A stretch of 64,000 nt of DNA, from the NCBI GenBank assembly GCA_963675755.2, contig CAXXMD010000002.1, forward strand, positions 1,568,001 to 1,632,000, written 5' to 3'. The position numbers and the translations under genes were made by a program. Positions 29,446 to 39,308 of this stretch are shown here, piece by piece. How positions within the stretch are numbered: the first letter of the stretch is position 1; the number at the start of each line of letters is the position of its first letter. The notes below the pieces were generated by a model, which saw nothing but the letters and a program-made list of their open reading frames with translations, had not been told where the DNA came from and ran no database searches. Source of the stretch: a bacterium (GTDB taxonomy: Bacteria; Zhuqueibacterota; Zhuqueibacteria; Residuimicrobiales; Krinioviventaceae).

Positions 29446-31205
29446 GCTTTCTCCTCCGCTATAGGTGGTGTTTCCATAGGTAATATCACACTGAACGTTG
29501 TTTTGCCCGGCACACTCTCAACATTGATACTGCCGCTATGTTTTTCTACAATACGTCTCACAATATCCAAGCCCAGACCGCTTCCCTCGCCTCGTGCCTT
29601 TGTAGTATAAAATGGCTGAAAGATCTTTTCCTGAATTTCCGGTGGAATTCCACAACCACTGTCAGTAATTTTTACTATTATATTTTTATCAACCTGTTCC
29701 ACATCAATCTGAAGGGTACCCTTGTTCTCCATTGCTTGCAGGGCATTGTGAATTATGTTAGTCCATACCTGGTTCAATTCATCCGGGTAGCATAAAATGG
29801 GTGGTACCTCTTTAATATTTCGGACGACTTCAACGCCATGTTTTAACTGGTTATAATATAAAGTAAGTACTGTTTCAATTCCATCTGCAATACTTGCAGA
29901 AACTTTTTGCCCTGACTGGTCATATCGTGCATAACTCTTTAATGCAAACACCACTTTGGAAGCCCTGTCTGTTGCAGTACGGATATTATCTGCACTGCGC
30001 TGCAAACCTGACAATTTATAAGCCATTTGCAAGACCATCATATTGTCTTTGTGATTTAACAGGGATGCAAACTGGCTGAGCGAATTATATATTCCCATAT
30101 CCACCAGGGTATCAGCAATACTGTCCGCCTGTTCAATTTGCAAATCCTGCAATTCCGTTGTTAAATTTTTGCGATGCTGACGTTCTTCTTTAGCAGAGAT
30201 GCTAAAAGAACGGGACAAAGATTTTTCCATTAATTTAAAAAATGCTTCCCGCTGCTCGGCATTCAGAATTTCAAAAAATCCGGGTAACTGATCAAGCGTT
30301 TGTTCCAACGCACGCGAAATATATCCAACAGAAGAACGGATCGCTCCCAGGGGAGTATTGACTTCATGAGCAACACCGGCAATCAACTGCCCCAATGCTG
30401 CCATTTTTTCGGACTCTATCAACTGATTCTGGGTAGCCTTTAACTCGTCCAGAGTTTGGCTGAGCTGGTTGGTTTTCTCTTGTAATGCAGTAACAGCCTG
30501 GTCACGTTCCTGTTCACGTTCTTGTATAGCTTCAAGCATATTATTAAATCCATCATACAGAACACCAATTTCATCATTTCCCGGTTTCTTGACGCGAATG
30601 GAATAATCGGCATTTTCTGATATTCTGTTGGTTACCTTGGCCAGTTTTAATACGGGGCGTGATACAAATCCCTGTAACCATAAAGCCATAAAATGGATCA
30701 ATACCATGATGGAAACCAGCAATCCCGACATCATCATTAAATATTTCTTAATTCGCGCCTGAAGCTGGTGGGTAGATGCTTTTAACAGTATTGTACCCAC
30801 TTTTTGGTTATACGATTTTATTGGCTGAAAGACATATAATAAATTCCGCTCAAAATAGACAGCGCTGTCTTGCACCGCGGGAATAACATCATTGGGAGAA
30901 ATGGAATAAGAAGCAAATACAGAGTCTTGATTATTGTACACAATTCCCTGTACCAGTTCGGGCAGGGTTTCAATTTTTTCGAGTACTTCCTGAGCGCCAA
31001 TGGGATATTCAAATTCAAGTGAGGTTACACAATACTCGCCCATTAACTTGGCATTCATAAGCGTATTATTCACCAGCTCTTGTTTAAAAGATTTAATATC
31101 ATTAAAGATCACAAACGCAAAACCAAAAAAGATGGCAACAAAAGTAACAATCCAGATAATGTAGATTAGTTTATTGCGTATTGATAAATTCTTCAAGATA
31201 CTCAT
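29442..31205 (-). CDS. Membrane sensor histidine kinase with HAMP domain
   Basis: Two TM segments; HAMP (DEIGVLYDGFNNML); AHEVNTP; NALQA; DSGCG; GSGLGL. Confidence 0.92.
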   Translation of the reverse strand: MSILKNLSIRNKLIYIIWIVTFVAIFFGFAFVIFNDIKSFKQELVNNTLMNAKLMGEYCVTSLEFEYPIGAQEVLEKIETLPELVQGIVYNNQDSVFASYSISPNDVIPAVQDSAVYFERNLLYVFQPIKSYNQKVGTILLKASTHQLQARIKKYLMMMSGLLVSIMVLIHFMALWLQGFVSRPVLKLAKVTNRISENADYSIRVKKPGNDEIGVLYDGFNNMLEAIQEREQERDQAVTALQEKTNQLSQTLDELKATQNQLIESEKMAALGQLIAGVAHEVNTPLGAIRSSVGYISRALEQTLDQLPGFFEILNAEQREAFFKLMEKSLSRSFSISAKEERQHRKNLTTELQDLQIEQADSIADTLVDMGIYNSLSQFASLLNHKDNMMVLQMAYKLSGLQRSADNIRTATDRASKVVFALKSYARYDQSGQKVSASIADGIETVLTLYYNQLKHGVEVVRNIKEVPPILCYPDELNQVWTNIIHNALQAMENKGTLQIDVEQVDKNIIVKITDSGCGIPPEIQEKIFQPFYTTKARGEGSGLGLDIVRRIVEKHSGSINVESVPGKTTFSVILPMETPPIAEEKA

Positions 31206-31240
31206 ATCTTGTCCTTATTGCGTTCAACTATTGCATTCCA

Positions 31241-33514
31241 TCAAGGCAAAATTTCAAAGCCAACCAGGTAGGTATCATAGATATAATCCGCAAAACCATA
31301 TTCACGGTGTTTTCCAAATATATTCTTGGCACTGACAAAAGCGGAAACATTGTCCCATAATTTATATGAACATTTTGCATTCAAGCTCAGATATGGATCA
31401 AGATGAAGAGGATAGTCTTCTTCCACACTCACACCGGTAAAAGTTTGAGACCCAGAATAATATCCGTTAATATTCACATTAAATCTTGAAGGTGAATTAT
31501 AATTCAAGGAAAACCCACCATAGAAATATGGAGTAGAATCGGGTTTATCGCGGGTATCCGCTTCAACAACGCTATCCAGCTGGGCTTCGGTATAATAATC
31601 ATATCCGAGAATGTCTTCCACCTGATCTATATTTCTTTTCAGGTTATTCTTGATCTGGTCTTTGTCCCAAATTGTATTGGTTTGCTGCAGAACACCAAAG
31701 AACTTTAGCTTCCAATTTTCAATGGGCGTATAGGTAACAGAAAATTCTAATCCAACTTGCATTGCATTTTGATAGTCAACATTATCATAGGTTAAATTCT
31801 CTGCAATTACCGGCAATTGAAAACCATCACTCGTTGATATTGTATCAATACTAAATTCAGAAACCGGAGTTACTAAAAAATCATCCAGCAATGCACCAAA
31901 CACCTGTACATCAACATCCAATCTGGGATTAATTTTTGAACGTAAACCCAATTCAAGATTATGATTAGAAAGATAATCTGTATCCTGATTGGCTTGAAAT
32001 TTTAACAATACCGGGAATCCGGTAGTATAGTCACCCAGCCATGTTAATACTTGCACATTCTTTCCAATAAAAGAATCCAACATGAACGGAGCCCGATTTG
32101 CCTTGGAATAAACCAACCTTAACAAATTATTCTTATTGAGTCTATACGTAGTAGCGGCTTCATAAGTTACAGAAAGGGTTTTATTAATGGAATAATCATC
32201 TACCCGAAAACCACCAATCCACCGCCATTGATTCGCAAGCGTATAGTCCGCAAGCAAAGAAAAGCCGGTAGACTCTATAATCTTGTTGTTCACAGGTTTC
32301 TGATGGACATCTTGACCAAATTCCTCATCATCAATCAGCAATCCACTATAATCTGATTTCCGATAGCTGATACCCGGTCGAACATGCAGATTTTTAAAAT
32401 GGAATTGATATTCAGCCAGCAAGTCCAAATGGTCAAAATCATAAGCATTCCAGAAAAAATTATTATCATGTTTACCCGTCTGCAAAGAAATCTGGGTATA
32501 TAAACCTTTGTATTTGGTAATCAGATCACCATAATAGCTTTTGGAATCATAGCCTGACAGCGGAGTAGCAAAATTATTATAATAGGGTTTCTGGCTCAGC
32601 GCTTCCTGAAAACCACCACTAAAATTGACAGAAAAATCGTCTGAAAAGAAATAACTGAGATAACTGTTTAATCCGTATTTATCAATTGCCAGTTCTTTAT
32701 CAAACTGAAAATTCATTCCACTTTCAGACAGTCTATAAGGTTCATTTGTAGCCGGATTAAATCCCCAGAACATGAGTGTTGACATGTCTTCAATAGGTAA
32801 ATACTCGCGATCCAGCCATGCATAATAGAGCTCATCTCTTCGGTTCTGGGTTTTATAATTCCCGGAAATTCCCATAGCAACTTTTGAATTGGTGTAACCA
32901 ACAGACAGGTTTGAAATCTTGGAATTATCATTTCCGATTGCTGCATTAGCAAAAGCAGACACACCTGGCTTTTCGGCAAAATGAGTGATAATGTTAATTA
33001 CCCCTGCTGCAGCATTCGGCCCATAGAGAGCGGAAGCGGGTCCGCGTACCACTTCAATACGATCAATATCACTTACACCAATGGGTAAAGATTCCCAAAA
33101 AGTACCACCGGAAAAATAATTGTAAACAACACGATTATCAATCATCACCAGCATGATTGTATTGGTTGGTAACGGGGTCATAAAGCTTGTGGTTACAGCA
33201 TCAAATCCGCGAATGTGAACGTCAAAGTTACCCGGGGTAGACTCTCTTACAATCAGACCGGGAGCTAACCGTAAAGCTTCAGGAATACTGGTAGCACCCG
33301 ATTGTAAAATCTCTTCCTGCTTTATAATAGTTACAGACAAAGGGGCTTCGAACAGATCTTCCGGCCTTTTAGAAGCAGAAACCATAACATCCACATCAAA
33401 CAGTTCTTCCAAAGACATGTCTAAATATACGTTATCAGATTGCCCCAACACAGCATCTGTTTCAGAAAGAATGAATAAACATAAAATAATATATTGGTAC
33501 CAGCGAGAACCCAT
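31241..33514 (-). CDS. TonB-dependent receptor
   Basis: MSLEELFDVDV...SASKR; plug motif RIEVVRGPASALYGPNAAAGVINIIT; likely start 33514 after GGAGG. Confidence 0.9.
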   Translation of the reverse strand: MGSRWYQYIILCLFILSETDAVLGQSDNVYLDMSLEELFDVDVMVSASKRPEDLFEAPLSVTIIKQEEILQSGATSIPEALRLAPGLIVRESTPGNFDVHIRGFDAVTTSFMTPLPTNTIMLVMIDNRVVYNYFSGGTFWESLPIGVSDIDRIEVVRGPASALYGPNAAAGVINIITHFAEKPGVSAFANAAIGNDNSKISNLSVGYTNSKVAMGISGNYKTQNRRDELYYAWLDREYLPIEDMSTLMFWGFNPATNEPYRLSESGMNFQFDKELAIDKYGLNSYLSYFFSDDFSVNFSGGFQEALSQKPYYNNFATPLSGYDSKSYYGDLITKYKGLYTQISLQTGKHDNNFFWNAYDFDHLDLLAEYQFHFKNLHVRPGISYRKSDYSGLLIDDEEFGQDVHQKPVNNKIIESTGFSLLADYTLANQWRWIGGFRVDDYSINKTLSVTYEAATTYRLNKNNLLRLVYSKANRAPFMLDSFIGKNVQVLTWLGDYTTGFPVLLKFQANQDTDYLSNHNLELGLRSKINPRLDVDVQVFGALLDDFLVTPVSEFSIDTISTSDGFQLPVIAENLTYDNVDYQNAMQVGLEFSVTYTPIENWKLKFFGVLQQTNTIWDKDQIKNNLKRNIDQVEDILGYDYYTEAQLDSVVEADTRDKPDSTPYFYGGFSLNYNSPSRFNVNINGYYSGSQTFTGVSVEEDYPLHLDPYLSLNAKCSYKLWDNVSAFVSAKNIFGKHREYGFADYIYDTYLVGFEILP

Positions 33515-33531
33515 ACAGGTCCCTCCCAAAC

Positions 33532-34065
33532 TTAGTATACTTTGACCACTTTGAGTAAATTGGCTGACAAGGTATGGCCTTCCTGCTTTAACGAATCCAA
33601 ATTCACAAATAATCTGGGCTTATCATTTAACAAACCCAACGCAACCGACGCGTGTCCCTCTTCCGCATACCTTGTTATACCAGTTATTGATAATTTTTTG
33701 TATTTTTTACATGTTTCAGACACCCTGTTTGTGCCAGGCATCATATATACAATATCATAATCCTGTATATACTGCTCAATATCACTTTGCTGAACAGCTT
33801 TAACTTTAACGCCGGCATCTTTGAATGCCTGGCTCATTTCATCTTTGATTGAACGTGTACGACTATTGTAGACAATCAACAACGAAATTTCGCCATCATC
33901 CTTGAGCTCAGTATCGTACTTGAATACCTTGACAAAAGTAGCCACCTGCAATAAAACCGGTGTTTCCATATTTTGAGCAAAAACCGGTTTTGCAATACAA
34001 AAAATCAAAACTATAATAAAAATTTTGAAAAACTTTTTCAACAATTTGAGCATTAAAGCGTCCAT
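33532..34065 (-). CDS. YfiR/HmsC-family (DUF4154) periplasmic protein
   Basis: Signal peptide; C-terminal PRLFVNL...LSANLLKV; typical context with a TonB receptor and HAMP kinase. Confidence 0.7.
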   Translation of the reverse strand: MDALMLKLLKKFFKIFIIVLIFCIAKPVFAQNMETPVLLQVATFVKVFKYDTELKDDGEISLLIVYNSRTRSIKDEMSQAFKDAGVKVKAVQQSDIEQYIQDYDIVYMMPGTNRVSETCKKYKKLSITGITRYAEEGHASVALGLLNDKPRLFVNLDSLKQEGHTLSANLLKVVKVY

Positions 34066-34220
34066 TTAACATTCAGAATATGTAATATATCAATTATCAC
34101 AATCAAGGGCAATAATTAAGTAAAAACTATCTCAAATATATTTATTTTTTACAGGATTAAGCTTTGTATAAATTAAAAAAAATTGATATTTTTATAAATT
34201 AAATCTGATTATGGATACAA

Positions 34221-34832
34221 ATGCAAGACGATTATTACAAAACAATAAAAACATTTACCGAGACTGAATTTAAAGAAAAAGGTTCGCGTTTTATCAATAA
34301 AGCGTTCCCGGTTAAAGACAGAGTAGCAGCCGAAGAAATTATCGCGGAAATCAGCAAAAAGTTCTATGATGCCACACACAATTGTTTTGCTTACAGTATA
34401 GGTAACGGTCCACAATGCGTTACACGATTTAATGATGATGGTGAACCATCAGGGACCGCAGGCAAACCCATACTCCAGGCGATTGAAGGCCGCGAGTTGA
34501 CAGACGTACTTGTAATTGTAACTAGATACTTTGGCGGAACCAAACTAGGAACTGGTGGACTGATAAGAGCTTATGGCGGAGGCGCGGCCCAGGTACTTGA
34601 TGAAGCCAAAACCGTTATCTGTTACATCAAAGAGAGCATCACTTTTGAATACGATTATGCCCTGTCAAATCTGGTCAATACCTGCATTCAAAAATATAAA
34701 GCAGATGTTATAAATACGGATTTCAGTGATACGGTTCTACAAACCATACAAATCCGTTCCAGTTTATTAAAAGCTTTTGCAGATCAAATTGTAGACCAGT
34801 CTGCCGGCAAAATTAAAATTATTGAGGACTAA
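34221..34832 (+). CDS. yigZ: YigZ/IMPACT family protein
   Basis: KGSRF, ATHNCFAY, DDGEPSGTAG and RYFGGTKLGTGGLIRAY. Confidence 0.92.
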   Translation: MQDDYYKTIKTFTETEFKEKGSRFINKAFPVKDRVAAEEIIAEISKKFYDATHNCFAYSIGNGPQCVTRFNDDGEPSGTAGKPILQAIEGRELTDVLVIVTRYFGGTKLGTGGLIRAYGGGAAQVLDEAKTVICYIKESITFEYDYALSNLVNTCIQKYKADVINTDFSDTVLQTIQIRSSLLKAFADQIVDQSAGKIKIIED

Positions 34833-36058
34833 TGATAACCCTGTTTGTCATTTCATTATTGCTGAGCGCCTATTTTTCAGGTTCAGAAACCGCGTTTGTT
34901 TCTTCAAACCGGTTACGGTTTCAGATACAGAATCACGAATCCATAAAGCGCAAACCCGTATTGTTTCTTCTTTCCAACGCGCAACGATTTTTAACCACCA
35001 CCCTTGTTGGAAACAATATTGTAATGGTCACCTGTTCCTCACTTGCTGTTGTATTGTTTACACCTTATTTATCAGAATCGGTAATTGTGGTTTTAACAAC
35101 CATCAGCTTGCTGCTATTTGGTGAAATATTACCAAAATCCATTGCACAACAGCTCCCTAACCGCCTCATAAGAATATCAGCACCATTGATGCTTTTCTTT
35201 TATGTTTTATTTTATCCCCTGAACAAAATCGCTGAACTCATGTCACAATGGGCCATTAACATTTTTAGAGGTAATAAAGATACGGTTAACACCTTTTTCC
35301 GCAAACAGGACCTTTTAGTATTGTTGAGAGAGTATTTCAGCACAAAGACCCTGAGCATGCACGACCGCCAACTCATTGCCAAAGCAATGAAAATTGGTGA
35401 TATTCGCGTTGTGGATATGATGATTCCCCGTACCGATATTATTGGTATTGATCACAACACCCCGGTTGAAGAGATAACCGATCTTTTTATAAAAACCGGC
35501 TACTCGCGCTTTCCGGTATTTGGTACAGATATGGACAATGTATTGGGATTTCTCTATTTTCAAGATCTGCTGGGTTTGAAAAAAAATAAAAAACCGGTAA
35601 TTCATGAAGCACTGGTTATTCCCGAGTCTGCAAAAGCTATTCACGCACTGAACACACTTCGTACAAAGGGAAAGAGTATTGCGCTTGTTGTAGATGAACA
35701 TGGCGGTACCGCAGGATTATTGACCCTCGAAAACATTGTAGAACAGGTATTTGGAAGTATTTACGATGAATTTGATACCAGCCAGGACCGCATTCGGGCA
35801 TTTAACGAATCCACAATCGTGGCAAGTGGTCGCACCGAAGTGGAAGACCTGATTGAAAGGCACAAACTGCCTGTACCTGAAGGCGATTATGTAACTATAG
35901 CCGGCTTTATCATCGACTATTTAGGCTACATACCCAAACCGGGTGAAAAGATTAAATTCCCATGGGCAACCATAACCATTCTCAACTCGGACGATACAAA
36001 AATCTCTGACATCAAGATCGTCAAGCATCTCTATCAAAAGCGGATAAAAGGCGAATAA
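34832..36058 (+). CDS. CNNM/hemolysin-family CBS-domain protein (DUF21-CBS-CorC)
   Basis: FSGSETAF, GEILPK, MIPRTD and VVDEHGGTAG. Confidence 0.92.
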   Translation: MITLFVISLLLSAYFSGSETAFVSSNRLRFQIQNHESIKRKPVLFLLSNAQRFLTTTLVGNNIVMVTCSSLAVVLFTPYLSESVIVVLTTISLLLFGEILPKSIAQQLPNRLIRISAPLMLFFYVLFYPLNKIAELMSQWAINIFRGNKDTVNTFFRKQDLLVLLREYFSTKTLSMHDRQLIAKAMKIGDIRVVDMMIPRTDIIGIDHNTPVEEITDLFIKTGYSRFPVFGTDMDNVLGFLYFQDLLGLKKNKKPVIHEALVIPESAKAIHALNTLRTKGKSIALVVDEHGGTAGLLTLENIVEQVFGSIYDEFDTSQDRIRAFNESTIVASGRTEVEDLIERHKLPVPEGDYVTIAGFIIDYLGYIPKPGEKIKFPWATITILNSDDTKISDIKIVKHLYQKRIKGE

Positions 36059-36171
36059 ATACGGCAAATGTGAGACAGCAGACGAGAAAAAGTGGTCAGT
36101 GGTAAGAAATAAATGTGATGTGCTGTTTTTTCAAAATCTTTATCCAGCCTAATAATAATAACTTAAAAATT

Positions 36172-36201
36172 GAAATAAACGGAGCTGATTAATTCAGCCC
36201 C
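36172..36201 (-). terminator. Putative intrinsic terminator after the surface-protein array
   Basis: Minus strand GGGGCTGA-ATTAA-TCAGCTCC followed by GTTTATTTC. Confidence 0.5.
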
Positions 36202-36218
36202 GGAAAATTCAAGTTATT

Positions 36219-39185
36219 TTATTCAGCTCTATCTTTGACGAGACGTATAGATCGCCCGTGTTTTAGATACAAGCCGTAACGAGTTATCATATCACTATTG
36301 TAGGTCAGGTACCGCATCTTAGCGGTACTATAACCGGACTGTGTAGCCGTCCAAAATGCGGCATAGCTGCCTAAATAGGAAAAATCAATCCCAGTATTGG
36401 GGTAACGGTGACCGCCAGGACGAGCTGAGAACCCGCTTTCATTGGTAGCACCCGTATTGGGCTTTTGCCATAAACCATTCCTTGATTCGACAGTTCCCAT
36501 TTCTTTTAGCTTCCCACCTTCATCTGTGCCGCGGTATTGACTATCATCTATTTCCACATCACTCATGCTCATACCTAAAAACATTTCCATTTCTTTCCAT
36601 TCTTCATCACTTGGTACATGCCATCCTTCGGGTGCAATATTGCGCTCATCATCAACAGCATACCAGTTGTACAGGGCACCATAAATAGCAGCATTTTTTT
36701 TATCATTATCATAATAACAAAAAGCACCAGATAAGACATCCCACTCGGCTGCATCGGTAGCATTCGGAATTAGATCTCCATTACGATAATGGGTCACCCT
36801 TAAATTCTCTGCCATCCACCATTGATTACCAATTTTAACAGTCCTGTAAACATTACCATCATTATCTGTCATAGTACCGGTTTCAAGGGAATTATTTTGC
36901 ACGCTTATTATTGTTTCAGCAGTTTGATTTTTGTAACTGGCTGTAATTGTTACCACACCTGTTTTAGAATTTGAGGATGTAAACAATCCGTTATTATCAA
37001 TTGTACCTGCGCTACCAGAGGTAATACTCCATGTCGTTTCATTACTTATATCTACTGAACTCCCATCAGTAAAGTTGGTGGTACAATTAAGCTGCAAGGT
37101 TTCACCATTGTAAACAATGCTGTAAGGTTGTGTGATATTGATACTTTCTAACTCACTTGGGGTTTCTTCACCACGGACAAGACGAATTGAGAACCCGCGT
37201 CGTTTGTTAAAGTAATTACGGTAGACCTCTGCGTTATTATAGGACAGGCGCCGGGACCAGGCGTAATAATCACTGGTCTCCGTAGCAGACCAATAAAGAG
37301 CGAATTTCCCCATATCCTTAAAATCACCAGCAAGGTCGATACGGCAACCACCAGGACGGGCAGAGAACCCGCTTTCATTGGTGGCGCCGGTATTATAACT
37401 GTTCCAGTATGCGGAACCCGTTTCCTTTAGCTTTCCACCTTCATAATTGCCGCGACTACCCCAGTCGTCTACTTCACTCTTACTTATACCCAAAAACAAT
37501 TCCAGTTTTTTCCACTCTTTATCCGTTGGAATATGCCAGCCTTCCGGTGCAATATTTCGACTATCAGATAATACAAACCAGTTGTATAATGCCCCATAGT
37601 CTTCAGCGTTACTAATATCATTGTTATAATAACAGTATGCACCGCTCATAGTTTCCGCCCATTCCGTGTTATCAATTAAATTGGGGATGGGATCACCATT
37701 ACGATAATGTGTTACTTTTAAATTCTCTGCTATCCACCACTGATCACCAATTTTAACAGTTTTATAAACATTACCGTCAATATCAGTCATCGTCCCGGTT
37801 TCATACTTGCTATCAACTGTTATGGTGGTTTCTGCAGTTAAACCATCAAATAACACTTTAATTTTCACACTACCTGTAGCCAGGGAATCCGCTGTAAAAA
37901 GTCCATCAGTGTCAATAATACCGCTATTACCATAAATTATATTCCAGGATGCATATTTACTAACGTTAACTGTACTTCCATCACTATATTGGGCAGTACA
38001 TGTTACTTGCAAAGATTCGTTATTCTTTATGGTTACATCCTGAGGTGTGACTCTAATTACATCCAACTTTATAAAATTTGTATCACCTTTTGCACAGCGA
38101 AAACCCCGATTACTATATCCTAACCACGCCTTATCACGGTTACGATTAGCAGGTCTGGCTTTGGACATGGCCTCATCCCATGCTCCACCTCGCAGTATCC
38201 GGCCTGTTTTGTTTACATCAGATGGACCATATGGATTATCACCCGGTCCGGTACTGTAATAATCACGATCATACCTGTCCGCACACCACTCCCAAACGTT
38301 GCCGCTCATATCATAAATACCCAATTCATTTGCCTGTTTCTGGCCTACAGGTTGAGAACTATTATCAGAATTCTGAGCAAACCAACCCACAACATCCATT
38401 TCATTGCCACCGCTGTAGGTATAACCCTGGCTCTCGCTGCCGCCTCGAGCCGCGTATTCCCACTCGGCTTCAGTAGGCAGACGTTTGCCAAAATATTCCG
38501 CGTATGCTTTGGCACCGTTCCAGGTGACATGAATTACAGGATTATTTTCTTTAGCGTCATCTACCACAAACTGACCATTCAGAAATGCGATCTGACAATC
38601 CTCCGCACCAAGATTAAAAAGCGTGAGGGTATCTTTTTTCACTCTGGTATTATCTATGATTATTAATCCATCCGATAATGCGCTATTTAAAAAATCAGCA
38701 TAATCGGAATTGGTCACTTCATATTTATCTATATAGAAATCATCCAGGGTAACCGTATGTACAGGTTTTTCATCATTTTCACCATTTGTGCTGCCCATAT
38801 CAAAAGTACCGCCTTTAACAAAAACCATCTCGGGTCCGTTGTAATCACTGGCAGTAACACGAATTCGAAAGCCATCTCCACTTATACCGGGATTATCAGC
38901 AAGAAAATCCCATACTATATGCTTGCCGGTACCAGTCAGCACACTGTCTCCTATATCACCACTCACATGGCTTACCGGCAGCTGCCAGGTTGCACCATCA
39001 TCATCTGATGCTTGTAAGGTGATGGGCAGTGTGTCTCCGTCTGCATCTGTAACATCATAATATATATCAGCTTTGAGCGAACCGTCCGAGCGTTGTTCCA
39101 AACGCACATTTTCAACCACCGGATCTGCCGCAAACAGCAATCCCACATTCATGATCATTAATAGTATTACCAGATTCTTTTTCAT
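36219..39185 (-). CDS. Secreted FGE-sulfatase-like + Big_2 + 2x Fib_succ_major protein (paralog A)
   Basis: Signal peptide; RLPTEAEWEYAARGG and DMSGNVWEW; two copies of WxAENL...ATNESGFSARPGG. Confidence 0.88.
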   Translation of the reverse strand: MKKNLVILLMIMNVGLLFAADPVVENVRLEQRSDGSLKADIYYDVTDADGDTLPITLQASDDDGATWQLPVSHVSGDIGDSVLTGTGKHIVWDFLADNPGISGDGFRIRVTASDYNGPEMVFVKGGTFDMGSTNGENDEKPVHTVTLDDFYIDKYEVTNSDYADFLNSALSDGLIIIDNTRVKKDTLTLFNLGAEDCQIAFLNGQFVVDDAKENNPVIHVTWNGAKAYAEYFGKRLPTEAEWEYAARGGSESQGYTYSGGNEMDVVGWFAQNSDNSSQPVGQKQANELGIYDMSGNVWEWCADRYDRDYYSTGPGDNPYGPSDVNKTGRILRGGAWDEAMSKARPANRNRDKAWLGYSNRGFRCAKGDTNFIKLDVIRVTPQDVTIKNNESLQVTCTAQYSDGSTVNVSKYASWNIIYGNSGIIDTDGLFTADSLATGSVKIKVLFDGLTAETTITVDSKYETGTMTDIDGNVYKTVKIGDQWWIAENLKVTHYRNGDPIPNLIDNTEWAETMSGAYCYYNNDISNAEDYGALYNWFVLSDSRNIAPEGWHIPTDKEWKKLELFLGISKSEVDDWGSRGNYEGGKLKETGSAYWNSYNTGATNESGFSARPGGCRIDLAGDFKDMGKFALYWSATETSDYYAWSRRLSYNNAEVYRNYFNKRRGFSIRLVRGEETPSELESINITQPYSIVYNGETLQLNCTTNFTDGSSVDISNETTWSITSGSAGTIDNNGLFTSSNSKTGVVTITASYKNQTAETIISVQNNSLETGTMTDNDGNVYRTVKIGNQWWMAENLRVTHYRNGDLIPNATDAAEWDVLSGAFCYYDNDKKNAAIYGALYNWYAVDDERNIAPEGWHVPSDEEWKEMEMFLGMSMSDVEIDDSQYRGTDEGGKLKEMGTVESRNGLWQKPNTGATNESGFSARPGGHRYPNTGIDFSYLGSYAAFWTATQSGYSTAKMRYLTYNSDMITRYGLYLKHGRSIRLVKDRAE

Positions 39186-39308
39186 TTTTGCCTCTTTATT
39201 ACAGTATCAGGATCAAGTTAACGCAGCAAATTCATTTTTGTACAAACACGCGGGAGGTCAAGTTCCCCCGGTTGTTATTTTGTGAATGTAATTTTTTAGA
39301 GAACTATT

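Noticed and set aside
36061-36125. Short low-complexity repeats (GTGAGACAGCAGACGAGA, AGTGGTCAGTGGT)
   Set aside because: Too short and degenerate to call a repeat array or CRISPR.
38090-38830. FGE domains as the formylglycine-generating enzyme for the nearby sulfatase
   Set aside because: The catalytic Cys motif after RGG (SxxCxxxxC) is absent (RGGAWDE/RGGAWDD). These look like non-catalytic binding domains.
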